In this document: piece after piece, positions 18,167 through 27,621 of the stretch | Numbering within the stretch: the first letter of the stretch is position 1 | Layout of the letters: every line of letters starts with the position of its first letter | DNA from: a virus | Taxonomy: Duplodnaviria > Caudoviricetes | IMG/VR virus record: IMGVR_UViG_3300048819_000110 | Span: 1-41,275 of that record | Direction: 5' to 3' (one strand) | DNA length: 41,275 nt | Program-made: the position numbers and the translations under genes | The notes under the pieces: generated by a model | What the model was told of the DNA's origin: nothing | The model's input: only the letters and a program-made list of their open reading frames with translations | Databases searched by the model: none

Positions 18167-19545
18167 TGCGTACTATAGCCTGCATTTTTCTGCTGCTGCT
18201 GCAAGATGTCAATTTGCTGTTCGTGCTTCGTGGCCTGCTGGGCGAGAGTTTTCAGAACCTGCAAATGTTGATAATGGCCGTCGATAATCGCCTGGGCCAG
18301 CGCGATAACCTGCTCTTGCGACCGGCCAGTGGCCAACGCCAGCTCCGAAAACGTCTCGACTGTCCGCTGCCCATTCGCCCCCATGACCGAAATATGCTCG
18401 TTCAACTGCTGGTCAAGCCTCTCGTCGGAGGACTTCTGGCCCTGCAATTTGATGGCCCCCGCGCGCTCGGTCGTTTCGCTGGTGATCGCTTCCCGGTTGG
18501 CCTTGCCTGTGGCCGACGCCTGCGCCTGCGCTGCCTGCGCCGCCTGCAATTCCGATCCGATAGCTGGCACAGTTTCTTCAAGCTTTTGCCGCCGCTCGGC
18601 ATGTTCGTTTTGCTTTGCTGTGGCGGCCGCTAGGTCGGACTGAGCCGCGGCCAACTGCAGCTCGGCCAATACCCGCGCAGGATCATCACTCGCCATGCGC
18701 CCCACCACCGCCGTAATCTCCTCCACCGCCTTGCTTTGCTTGTCCACATTCTCCTGATCTTTTGCAATAAGTTCAGGGTTATTCAGCTCCTTTTGCTCGG
18801 ACAAGGCCCTATTCTGCGCATCCTTCGCGCGCGCAACGCGGTTTTCCTCCGCGTGTTCAGTCGCGTCAAAATCCTTCTGGCGCTCAGTTCGCGCCGCGAT
18901 GTCTTTGCCCAGCTCGTTGATCGAGTTCAGAGCCGAACCGCTCTTGATATTTTCGACCTGCCTCGCCCCGGCCTCCTCCGCGCCGGCAATCTGCGCCTCG
19001 CTCGCCCCGTGACCCTTCAGAAAAAGAACATATTCCTTGTTCAGCTGCTCTATGCGTTTGGCGTGCGCCTCGGTTTCGGCCGCCGACACCTCCTTGATGC
19101 TCTTCAACCGATCGCCAGCCGGATCTTTGCTAATGCTCGCCTGCTTGATTTCGGCGTCGTATTTTTCCACGGCCAGCTTGGCTTCCTCCCAGACTTTTTT
19201 GAAATTCTCGACCGCTTCAGCATGCGCGGTCATCTCCTCTTGCCCGAGTTTCTCCACTTCCTTGTCGGTCTCCTCGACTTTCTTGTGGAAAAATTCAAAC
19301 GCGCCCGCCAGCGCCAAGGAAACCCCAATCGGACCATAAGCCAGTTCCATCAGCGAATGCCCCAGACCCGGCACCACCACATTCCCCATCTCGTGAAAAA
19401 TCCGGCGTAGTTCCCGCGTGGAAAGTTCCGCCTTTTCCGTCCGGCTCGTCACCTCCTTGAGACCTTCGGACACCTGTGCCGCCCCCTGCTGCCCGGTGGC
19501 CTCCGTCTCAATCTTGATCCGCAATGTCTTATCGGTATCGCTCAT
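18163..19545 (-). CDS. Short tail tape measure protein
   Basis: LRIKIETEA N-terminus, hydrophobic GPIGVSLALAG patch, long helical Ala/Glu/Gln region. Confidence 0.7.
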   Translation of the reverse strand: MSDTDKTLRIKIETEATGQQGAAQVSEGLKEVTSRTEKAELSTRELRRIFHEMGNVVVPGLGHSLMELAYGPIGVSLALAGAFEFFHKKVEETDKEVEKLGQEEMTAHAEAVENFKKVWEEAKLAVEKYDAEIKQASISKDPAGDRLKSIKEVSAAETEAHAKRIEQLNKEYVLFLKGHGASEAQIAGAEEAGARQVENIKSGSALNSINELGKDIAARTERQKDFDATEHAEENRVARAKDAQNRALSEQKELNNPELIAKDQENVDKQSKAVEEITAVVGRMASDDPARVLAELQLAAAQSDLAAATAKQNEHAERRQKLEETVPAIGSELQAAQAAQAQASATGKANREAITSETTERAGAIKLQGQKSSDERLDQQLNEHISVMGANGQRTVETFSELALATGRSQEQVIALAQAIIDGHYQHLQVLKTLAQQATKHEQQIDILQQQQKNAGYSTQ

Positions 19546-19562
19546 GGATTATTTTTTCGCCA

Positions 19563-19958
19563 TCACTTTGAAATCGGCTTACCGGTGCGCTCAACGACTA
19601 TGGTCGACAAGACGCTAACATCGCTCTTGACCCCGTTCAGGTCCGTTTGCAGCGTTGTCAGTTGGAATGTGTGCTGCCTGGACGCCTCAGACAGTTGGTC
19701 GATTGTCCCTTGCAGATGGCCAATGTATATGAGGCACGAAACGGCGGCCAATATGATGGCCACACCGTCCAGTGTCAGCTTTCGTTCGAGGACAAGGTTT
19801 TTCATAAGGTACTGGTCGATGCGTTTATTTATGGTCGCCCATTGATCCTCATCCATAACCTCGATGGAATCACCCCGGTGCTGGTCGATGAAATATCCAT
19901 ACTTCGCGTCATGCTCTTCGCTGTTGCGAATGATAATTTCGTCTGGGTCGTTGGCCAT
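19563..19958 (-). CDS. Single-TM coiled-coil protein (possible holin-like)
   Basis: GVAIILAAVSCLIYIG helix followed by a heptad coil. Confidence 0.6.
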   Translation of the reverse strand: MANDPDEIIIRNSEEHDAKYGYFIDQHRGDSIEVMDEDQWATINKRIDQYLMKNLVLERKLTLDGVAIILAAVSCLIYIGHLQGTIDQLSEASRQHTFQLTTLQTDLNGVKSDVSVLSTIVVERTGKPISK

Positions 19959-20009
19959 TTCATTTGATGATATTGGTCAAAAACAGGATTGCGGTGGTTA
20001 GGGTCATAG

Positions 20010-22559
20010 TTAGAATCCAGTCACTGCTGTATGTGCATTCGTGGCTGCGTCATAATACGTCCGATACATTACCGGCACGGCTGTGTTGCCGACATTGTTG
20101 CTGCTCCATAGTGATGGAGCGTTGGATAGACCAGCCCAGCCAGGTGCCGTCTGTAGATTCGCAAAAACCGTGTTTGTATAGAGCACCATCGAGTCGACCA
20201 CTCGGATCAATTTATTGCTGACCGTAATCCCAATATTGCCGCTTTCAGAAAGCGCGAGCAAATGGGAATAGTGAGCGTCCAATGTGAGCGAAGAACTCGG
20301 GCCTTGATCCTGAATGCCTGTCCCGACCGCGATATAGTACGTCACGCTAAATCCAGCTCCGGTGGTCACCTGGACCTGGTTCGCGCCGAACACCACGTTG
20401 CCATTCCCGCTATACATTGTGCCGCCCCCTGTGATGATATTTAGCGTGTTCGACGCATTAAGAGTGATATTGCTCGCAGTCACTGAGACCGCCGGCAAAT
20501 TCCTGCCCGCATACAGGTTAGTCACAAGCTCAAATGTTTGCTGTGATCCCAGCAAACAACTCAGGTTCAAATTGGTCCCGAGAATCGCATACCCCAACGT
20601 GTTGGGATGCAGCCCATCCGATGTGATGTCTCCAGAAACCACCGACCACAAACCAGAATCCCGCGACGATTCCACGATGTCAGCTAACTCGAAATAGCCA
20701 GATATTAACCCGTTCGCCCCCTGACGCACCCAGTTATTCCATTGCACCCGCACAGGGTTTCCAGTGCCATACAATGTCTGATTCACCAACGTAGTCCAAC
20801 CATCGCTAGAGGTGGTGTACGGCGTGCATGTGCACAGGTACACTTTTTTGCCCGCTTTGATCTGAGGTAACGCCCAGCCAATGAATGCATTCGTCAGTTG
20901 CTGAAAGGTATCCGCATTGCCGTAAATTGAGTTCACGTCCAGCTGGCAAATGATCGCCGTGCTCGCCTGTGAAGTCACTGGCGCGTCCCAAATCAACACG
21001 TTCGATTCCGTCTCGAACGAATTTCCCGGCGCAGCCATGCAAATTGTTGGAATCCCCAACTGCACTAATTTTGTAGGGAAATACGAAATCCCCGCAATGC
21101 GTGAGTCCCCAATCAGTGACACCGACGTGATCGGTGTTGCGTTCGCGATTCCCACGCGACTCCCAACCACAATCGGGCAGTAACCATACAGCGTGCCGGT
21201 TTGCAAGCCGTTGGTGGCCGACATCGTCCAGTCTGCCGCATTCGTTCCAAGCAAATAATAATCCACAAATCCACCAAACGGATTGATCTGATACGGCGTT
21301 GGAAACGCGCAATTCGTGTATGTCCAGACATAGGTTCGGCAGCGATACACCGCATTAGTCGGCAGAATTGTCGGGATCACGTCCGACATCACCGTTTGAT
21401 TCGTTCCCACCGTCACCGACGCCGAACCACCAAACGTAACCCGAGTGAACGTGCCGATAGGATATTCCAGCGACCCAGTGTAAATCACCGCATTTGTGCA
21501 CCGCTGATCCGATGCAGGCCCTAATCCATGCACCGGAAAATTGCCAAATAGAAAATGCAAATTGTTAACCGCCGCGCCGGTCTGGTTCGTCTGTTGGATC
21601 GCGAAAAACCCCACGTTGCAATTCGATGGATAAAAAGACGCATTCGTGGAGCTCGTGCCCGTCCACGTCTGCCCAAATGCGATATTCCCCCATAACCCAT
21701 TCGTCACCACGCTCCCCGGCAGGCTGGCGGACTGGATATTTGTGATGTTGACACCGTTCAATGCTGGTGATGCGCCATTGGTGACAAACGACGGTAGGTT
21801 GGTCGGGTTAATGATGCCGACGATGTTAGGACCGGACAGATTAGTCCCAGCGCCTAGATTCGATGGCTCGACGAGGTTGAATCCGTTCGTCCATGTCGCG
21901 ACCAGGTTGGCGCTTGAATCTCTAAGCTGTCGATTAGTTGTATTAATTGCCTGAAAGCCACCAATGAAATCGAAGCCTGTTAAGCCGTAAACAGTCTCGC
22001 TGGCTGTCTGTGCCGTGCCATTCGTGGCCGTCAAATTGCCGCTCACCAGTAGCGTGTTGTTAACCGTCAGATTGTTGCTTAGGGTCACGGCGCTGGCGTT
22101 GTTGTTGGTAATGTAATAGCCCGGCAGTTGGGTGTTCAATGTTATGCTGCCGTCGCTGTTTGTAACAAAAACGAAATTCGTCCCCGCTATCAAGTTTGCC
22201 ATGCCATTGGTGCCGAAATAAAACAGCGGGCCAGAAACAAGCAACGTCGTGACGTCGAGCACGTTCGTACTCGCTGGCACCGTGAACCGAACCGGCTTGA
22301 CCACGCCGGGCACCGTGAGTAGGTAGGTGTTCGGGTAGAGACCGACCACCGGGTTCGTCGTGCTGGCCGGAACAAGTGTATAGGTGCCAGCCCAAAGGTT
22401 TTGGCCGTCCGAAATCAGCGTGTTGGCCGCCGTCAAAGTCAGTTGCCGGTTATAAGCCGCCCCGCCAAAGAGCGTGTTGAGCGGGAATGAAACCGAAGTT
22501 ACCTGCGCGCAGGCCGACAACGTCAAACAGAGCAAAGCGAATGTGAATAATTTTTTCAT
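20010..22559 (-). CDS. Signal-peptide/lipobox-bearing Thr-Asn-rich protein with SGNH/GDSL esterase domain
   Basis: MKKLFTFALLCLTLSAC|AQ; LIGDS...LDVNS...DGLHPNTLGY. Confidence 0.85.
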   Translation of the reverse strand: MKKLFTFALLCLTLSACAQVTSVSFPLNTLFGGAAYNRQLTLTAANTLISDGQNLWAGTYTLVPASTTNPVVGLYPNTYLLTVPGVVKPVRFTVPASTNVLDVTTLLVSGPLFYFGTNGMANLIAGTNFVFVTNSDGSITLNTQLPGYYITNNNASAVTLSNNLTVNNTLLVSGNLTATNGTAQTASETVYGLTGFDFIGGFQAINTTNRQLRDSSANLVATWTNGFNLVEPSNLGAGTNLSGPNIVGIINPTNLPSFVTNGASPALNGVNITNIQSASLPGSVVTNGLWGNIAFGQTWTGTSSTNASFYPSNCNVGFFAIQQTNQTGAAVNNLHFLFGNFPVHGLGPASDQRCTNAVIYTGSLEYPIGTFTRVTFGGSASVTVGTNQTVMSDVIPTILPTNAVYRCRTYVWTYTNCAFPTPYQINPFGGFVDYYLLGTNAADWTMSATNGLQTGTLYGYCPIVVGSRVGIANATPITSVSLIGDSRIAGISYFPTKLVQLGIPTICMAAPGNSFETESNVLIWDAPVTSQASTAIICQLDVNSIYGNADTFQQLTNAFIGWALPQIKAGKKVYLCTCTPYTTSSDGWTTLVNQTLYGTGNPVRVQWNNWVRQGANGLISGYFELADIVESSRDSGLWSVVSGDITSDGLHPNTLGYAILGTNLNLSCLLGSQQTFELVTNLYAGRNLPAVSVTASNITLNASNTLNIITGGGTMYSGNGNVVFGANQVQVTTGAGFSVTYYIAVGTGIQDQGPSSSLTLDAHYSHLLALSESGNIGITVSNKLIRVVDSMVLYTNTVFANLQTAPGWAGLSNAPSLWSSNNVGNTAVPVMYRTYYDAATNAHTAVTGF

Positions 22560-22561
22560 GG

Positions 22562-23023
22562 TTAAAATGGGCTGGTCAAACTGACCAAGCCGCCGACAAA
22601 ATTGTATTCAAAAGACGGTGCCGTGCCAAGCCAGTCAGCGAGATTCAGTCCATCCAGCGCGCAGTTGAGCAGGTACAGCGTGGTGTTCGTTGTCGTGCCA
22701 ACAAGCTTGATTTGCAAATTGCCGGTCGTTGGGAAGCTGGTCGGCTGCTGCAAAGCGAAACTGAAGGCTCCCTCGGGATCTGGGAATGCTACCGCTGAGA
22801 AGTCCACGCCACGCCGAACGCGGAGCGAGAGTGAGTTCTGCCAGTTCTGGTTGTCAAAAAACGCCTTCGCCGCCGACCCGAAACCTGATTCGGTTTGAAT
22901 TATCCGCGAGTGATTAAATTTGATGTCCATCTCGGTCAGAGACCGAGTGGTATTGCAAAGCGTCAGGACGCCGGCACCGCTCCACGAGGCGGTGCCGTCG
23001 GGGGCATATAGCAGCGTGAGCAT
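22562..23023 (-). CDS. Putative tail protein (distal-tail-like)
   Basis: Synteny; beta-rich 153 aa. Confidence 0.65.
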   Translation of the reverse strand: MLTLLYAPDGTASWSGAGVLTLCNTTRSLTEMDIKFNHSRIIQTESGFGSAAKAFFDNQNWQNSLSLRVRRGVDFSAVAFPDPEGAFSFALQQPTSFPTTGNLQIKLVGTTTNTTLYLLNCALDGLNLADWLGTAPSFEYNFVGGLVSLTSPF

Positions 23024-23032
23024 TCAAAGTGC

Positions 23033-23215
23033 CTAATTGAAAATTACGCCGTTGGTGAACGTCACGAACGAGGACTGGATCGGCGCATAAATATTGTTGG
23101 ATATTGATGTCATCTGGAACACGATCTGCGCGCCAGCTTTCGGTGTGAGCACCAGCGCGCAGGCCGCCGCCACTATCCCGATTTTGTTTTTAAGTTTTTT
23201 GATCAGTTTTTTCAT
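23033..23215 (-). CDS. Small secreted peptide
   Basis: Basic n-region, h-region, AGA|Q cleavage site; 31-aa mature part. Confidence 0.7.
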   Translation of the reverse strand: MKKLIKKLKNKIGIVAAACALVLTPKAGAQIVFQMTSISNNIYAPIQSSFVTFTNGVIFN

Positions 23216-23235
23216 GGTGTATTTTTGTTGGATGG

Positions 23236-24198
23236 TTAAGCAATTGGGTTTGCCCAGTAATCGCCACGGACGCCAGCGGTCAGGCTCGGCAGAGCTTCCC
23301 AGGCAACCTCGCCCTCGCGCAGTTGCTCGACGCCATTTTGGATTTTGGATTTCACGAGTTGGCCGAGCGGGAAGGAGAGATAGACTTTGCCGTCCGCGCC
23401 TGTGACGGAAACGGAAAATCCCTTTGCAAAACCACTGGCACCGCGCACCGCGCCGGCACCTTGGATCTGCAATTGAGTGTCGATCATGGTTCGGGTCACG
23501 CCGATGGGAATCCCGCGCAACATTCCGCCCACGGATTTGATTCGCCGATTGAAAAGGCCGACCGCCGCCACGTTGTCGTCCACAAATTCAACCTTCGGCT
23601 CGAAGGTCAATCCGTCGTAAAAATCCAAGCTGGCAAAGCCGGAAACGCTGCCCCAGGTGAGCTGATAATCTTGAGTGATTATCGACTGATTGGTAAACGT
23701 GGCGTCAACGAACGTCCCGCCCGAGTTGGCAAATGTCCGCAGCGATCCGGCCGTGGACCACGCATTGACCGCTCCGGCCGTCGTACCCCGCAGGCAGAGC
23801 AGCTTCATTTGCCCCACCAAAGTTTTTATCGGATGAAACATCATTTGAGGCATGTCAACCACGGCTACCGCCGCATGCGTGTCCAACGAGCTGTCAATTC
23901 CGTGGACCGAGGCCGGCACGTCAGTTGTCGGAAAGATGCCAGCGCCCAGAACTGGGTTAGCGTATGGCCACAGCACGGCCGCGATCGCCGTCGTCATGCG
24001 TCCGTCTGGCGTGATGCTGATTTCGTCATATGCCTCTTTGTCCCGGTTGTCGACCTTGCCGATGCCGGCCACTCCAACTGGCTCCTGACTGTAAACAAGG
24101 TCGGTGTCAATGGTGGTGCCATCCTTGGAATAGACGCTGATCCCGTTGAAGGATAAGCGCCCGGGGATTCGGTTTAGAGAAGATCTTTGCAGGCTCAT
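23236..24198 (-). CDS. Putative major tail tube protein
   Basis: 320 aa, downstream of head-tail completion genes; no sheath gene. Confidence 0.6.
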   Translation of the reverse strand: MSLQRSSLNRIPGRLSFNGISVYSKDGTTIDTDLVYSQEPVGVAGIGKVDNRDKEAYDEISITPDGRMTTAIAAVLWPYANPVLGAGIFPTTDVPASVHGIDSSLDTHAAVAVVDMPQMMFHPIKTLVGQMKLLCLRGTTAGAVNAWSTAGSLRTFANSGGTFVDATFTNQSIITQDYQLTWGSVSGFASLDFYDGLTFEPKVEFVDDNVAAVGLFNRRIKSVGGMLRGIPIGVTRTMIDTQLQIQGAGAVRGASGFAKGFSVSVTGADGKVYLSFPLGQLVKSKIQNGVEQLREGEVAWEALPSLTAGVRGDYWANPIA

Positions 24199-24201
24199 AA
24201 A

Positions 24202-24975
24202 TTAGTTCCAAAAGTTTGCTGCGGCGGTATCGCTGCCGGATTGGTTGCGGGTGAATGCTCGCGCCCGAAACAGGCACGGCTGAGTAATATTGACCGGTGC
24301 GCCAGTGTAAAGTGTCGCCTGCGCGTTCCCCTCGCGCGGGTGCGATCCATCAACCGTGTACCAGACGGAATCAGCAGTTGCTTTCACAAGTACGGTCGCC
24401 GTCCCGGTAAGCTGGTATGAATTCGGCGTGATCGCGGCCACAACCGAACCGCTAACGACGATCTGAGGTCGAGCCACACGCAGGAACGGGCGAAAATCAG
24501 CTTCGGACGCCGTGAATTTGAGTTGCCCGACCCGAAGGTTCGTGTCTCGATCCGGTGTGAATTCATAAATGGTTGGCTGGCTTGGCACCAGACTTTGAGT
24601 CAATCCGACCGGCGTGTAAAGCTTCAACAGCTTTTCGGCGAGCGCGGTCCACACGCGGCACGGCAGCATTGTCCCCCTGGGACCACGGTTTAGGGTCACA
24701 TTTTCGACGAACTGAACCAGAATTGTCAGCTTGAGTGGTCCCCCCGGCATGTTTGCATTTTCGTCGCTCGCCTCCTCGATTGGTAGCACAAGGAAGCCGA
24801 TGCCCATGAGACCGTCAAGGCCTGGCCCGATGGCCATCTGAACTTTGCGATTCAGCGCATCCTCGATGTCTCCCGGCTCGACGGCCACACCTACCCGCGC
24901 GCCGATGATGGCGTCCGCGAGTAGGCACCCGAGAATGTCCTGCTGAATCAGCGGCCAAAGGTCTTGATAGTCCAC
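24202..24975 (-). CDS. Tail completion/terminator-like protein with C-terminal chitobiase/Fn3-associated Ig-like domain
   Basis: VWYTVDGSHP...LYTG.P..I....FRARAF; GTG start at 24975. Confidence 0.7.
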   Translation of the reverse strand: MDYQDLWPLIQQDILGCLLADAIIGARVGVAVEPGDIEDALNRKVQMAIGPGLDGLMGIGFLVLPIEEASDENANMPGGPLKLTILVQFVENVTLNRGPRGTMLPCRVWTALAEKLLKLYTPVGLTQSLVPSQPTIYEFTPDRDTNLRVGQLKFTASEADFRPFLRVARPQIVVSGSVVAAITPNSYQLTGTATVLVKATADSVWYTVDGSHPREGNAQATLYTGAPVNITQPCLFRARAFTRNQSGSDTAAANFWN

Positions 24976-25643
24976 TATGCACCCCCCTTGATCTTGCGTA
25001 GTTGAAGATTCACCCAATCGGTCGCGCCGGCATTAACCGATTCGGACCATTCCTGCTCGCTGGGAAGGATGGATCGGTCTTGGGGCACCGTCACAGACTC
25101 GGCAAACCAGTACATTATCAAGCCGGGGCGGAAATATTCTGAACCCTTTTCGCCTTTCGACGTTTTGCGCGTGCGCGTGGTGGTGACCGCCTCAGCCAGT
25201 CCGCCAACCCTGCCCTTGCCTTTCCAGAACAGCACCAGGTTGCCGAACTCACGCGCCCGCATTCCGTACGACTCAGCCCGAGCCGGTATGGCAAGGTATT
25301 TGACGCCCGCCGTCTTTGTTCCAGGGAAAATTGTGATGTCACCAAACGCCCGCATCAAACCAGGCATGGTCGGGCCGCCCAAAGTAACAGTTGCGGAATT
25401 GGCCTGAACTTGAAGGCAGTCACCGGGATTGATCTTTTGCGCGATCCGACCCCAATAGTTCGTCCGGCGGCCGCCCAGCTTATTGGGGTGCCCGATGCCC
25501 CATTGCATGACGTGCAGTGAGGTGTCGTGAATCAATCGCCGCCCCATGGCACCGACGAGGGGCCCCTTGTTGCGCAGCATCGCGATGGTCTGCCGCAGTG
25601 CCGGCGTGGCCGTATCCGACACGATGGAAATCGTCATGTTCAC
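24975..25643 (-). CDS. Virion morphogenesis protein (Mu gpG/tail-S-like)
   Basis: Basic protein; DTATPAL, FG..TI.P...KYLAIPA, R.ILPS motifs; synteny. Confidence 0.7.
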   Translation of the reverse strand: MNMTISIVSDTATPALRQTIAMLRNKGPLVGAMGRRLIHDTSLHVMQWGIGHPNKLGGRRTNYWGRIAQKINPGDCLQVQANSATVTLGGPTMPGLMRAFGDITIFPGTKTAGVKYLAIPARAESYGMRAREFGNLVLFWKGKGRVGGLAEAVTTTRTRKTSKGEKGSEYFRPGLIMYWFAESVTVPQDRSILPSEQEWSESVNAGATDWVNLQLRKIKGGA

Positions 25644-26575
25644 GGGGTCACCTCCACCTTCACGCGAAATTTTAGGTCGCCCGATTCCAGGGATTCCTTT
25701 AGCGTCTTGAGTATGTCGGCGTCAAACCGGTCCTCGCCGACCTTCACCTTGTCGGATCCAAATTCAGTGTCATCCGCCTCGACGCCGTCAGGATCTCCGC
25801 CAAGAGCCTCAAAATCGGCAGCGGAAACTGGAACGCGAACCATTCCGGAACCGTAAGCGAACGGCTCGAAATCGTTTCCCAGCGTGTCGCTGTGGTCCCC
25901 GGCACCGTCGCCCAACGCCTGCCAGACCTCGCTGTCCTTGCGCGCTACCATGCGCCCAGACGATTCAAAGATCGCTGATGCCTCATCATCGTCCGCCTCG
26001 TCGAGAGCCGCCGCCCAGCGGCCTTCCTTGCCGTCCCATGCGTCCTCGGGCACTTCCTCTTCACCTTTCTTGGTCTCCTTTGTTCCGCGTGGAACTTCAA
26101 CAGAAAATCCTCGGACAAGCTCCCAGGCGGGGTATTCCTCCAATTCAGCAGCTTCATTGCCCCAAATGTTCTTGGCCGCGCCCTTCGTCATCTTGTCTTG
26201 CGTGTCCAAAATCAAATCCAGCCTTTGCGTGCTGAACAGGTCTTGCAGTGTTCCGGCCTCGGCAGTTGGAACTTCTGGGCCGCCTGGGAATCCCGTCGCC
26301 GGGTCGTATCCAAGCATTTGACCAACCGCCTTTAGCTTCAATCGGGCGTCCGCGACCGTGTCGGAGGTCTGATCTTCCATGCCGGACAGAATTGCCGTGA
26401 TGGCGTTGCGCACGCCCTGAACCGCCCCGGCATTAGTCATGCGAGCGCTGAAGAGCGATTGGCGGAGGATGTTTGAACCCAACTTGCGAAGCTCATCGGT
26501 CCCGAGCGAGGTCGGAAGATCCTCGCGGGCGTCGGCGACTTGTTGGGCGAGCGAAAGCATTTCAGGTATGACCAA
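25640..26575 (-). CDS. Head morphogenesis protein (MuF-like)
   Basis: SLFSARMTN...RLDLILDTQ...YPAWELVR...PFAYGSGM. Confidence 0.75.
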   Translation of the reverse strand: MVIPEMLSLAQQVADAREDLPTSLGTDELRKLGSNILRQSLFSARMTNAGAVQGVRNAITAILSGMEDQTSDTVADARLKLKAVGQMLGYDPATGFPGGPEVPTAEAGTLQDLFSTQRLDLILDTQDKMTKGAAKNIWGNEAAELEEYPAWELVRGFSVEVPRGTKETKKGEEEVPEDAWDGKEGRWAAALDEADDDEASAIFESSGRMVARKDSEVWQALGDGAGDHSDTLGNDFEPFAYGSGMVRVPVSAADFEALGGDPDGVEADDTEFGSDKVKVGEDRFDADILKTLKESLESGDLKFRVKVEVTP

Positions 26576-27002
26576 TGCGGTCGAAGCTGTGGGTGGACAT
26601 GTAAACTCCCCGGCGGATGGCGGCTACGCCCCCGGGCGCTTTGATCTCTCGCTTGGAAATCATGACAAAATATTCCTCGGCCTTTTTTGCGTCATCCTCG
26701 CGGTTTTCAGCAAGGGCTTTGCCGGTCGGGATTGCCAGCAGATAACGAAATCGTGCAATGGCAATTGCTCGATTCTTTTCGCCCGCCGGAATGGTTCCAG
26801 TAGCCGGAATCAGTCCGGTGGTTGAATCAAGCAGACGACCCGCGTTCAGGTAGGCGTCCGTGATCTGGTCCATCACCTTGATGATGATGTCCGGCAATGC
26901 CACGCTGTGCGCATCGCCCTTGGCTGAATCATACGCCGTCAGTTCAGAATCGTTGAATTGATTCAGAACTTCATCCGTGGTCAATGCGCTCCAGCCATTC
27001 AT
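26562..27002 (-). CDS. Head-tail connector (Mu gp36/DUF1320-like)
   Basis: TIPAG...AIAIARFRYL...RE.DAK.A..YF..I; synteny after the capsid genes. Confidence 0.7.
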   Translation of the reverse strand: MNGWSALTTDEVLNQFNDSELTAYDSAKGDAHSVALPDIIIKVMDQITDAYLNAGRLLDSTTGLIPATGTIPAGEKNRAIAIARFRYLLAIPTGKALAENREDDAKKAEEYFVMISKREIKAPGGVAAIRRGVYMSTHSFDRIGHT

Positions 27003-27014
27003 ATTTCTATTTGC

Positions 27015-27047
27015 AAAAAAAGGCGGCGGGCCATGACACCCGCCGCC
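27015..27047 (-). terminator. Intrinsic terminator after the capsid block
   Basis: Minus strand ggcggcggg-N8-cccgccgcc-TTTTTTT. Confidence 0.85.
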
Positions 27048-27068
27048 AGTATTAACCCACACTGAACG

Positions 27069-27593
27069 TTACGGCGTCACCAGCCAGTCGAGCTGCAAAT
27101 TGAACCCGCCGTAATTGCCCGGGTTGTTGGTTCCGACAACGGTGAACGAGTACCTGTACACACCGTACCCATCGCCCTGGGCCTGATTGATGTTCGTGAA
27201 TGATCCGACGTAGGTATTCGACGCCGTGATATTGTTATTCCAAGTCAGCAACGGGTTGTAGGTAAATGCGAAATTGGTGCCCGCCGCCGGGTTGGTGTAA
27301 TTGTTGTTCGGACCCACGACGCCGTAAAGGTTGAAGAAAACCTGATTGGTGCCGATGCCGTTAGTAGTGCCGCCATATGGCGAGTATTCAGACAGCAGAA
27401 AGTTTCCGTTGTGCCAGCCGATGGGGTTCAGCTGGTTCGTCAGAAACCCGGTGTACGTCACGTTGTTTGTCACAAAGCCGTTGAAGGCCGTGTAAACGCG
27501 CGGCACAACATAAGTTTGCGCCTGCGCCGGAGCGGCCATGAAGAGCGCGGCCAAAAGCCCGAGGCTGACCGTGAATTTTTTGAGCATGTTCAT
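27069..27593 (-). CDS. Signal-peptide-bearing Thr-Asn-rich beta protein directly after the major capsid gene
   Basis: MLKKFTVSLGLLAALFMAAPAQA|Q; nearly uncharged mature part. Confidence 0.85.
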   Translation of the reverse strand: MNMLKKFTVSLGLLAALFMAAPAQAQTYVVPRVYTAFNGFVTNNVTYTGFLTNQLNPIGWHNGNFLLSEYSPYGGTTNGIGTNQVFFNLYGVVGPNNNYTNPAAGTNFAFTYNPLLTWNNNITASNTYVGSFTNINQAQGDGYGVYRYSFTVVGTNNPGNYGGFNLQLDWLVTP

Positions 27594-27621
27594 ATTTTTT
27601 TCGTGTTAATGCTGAGTGGTA

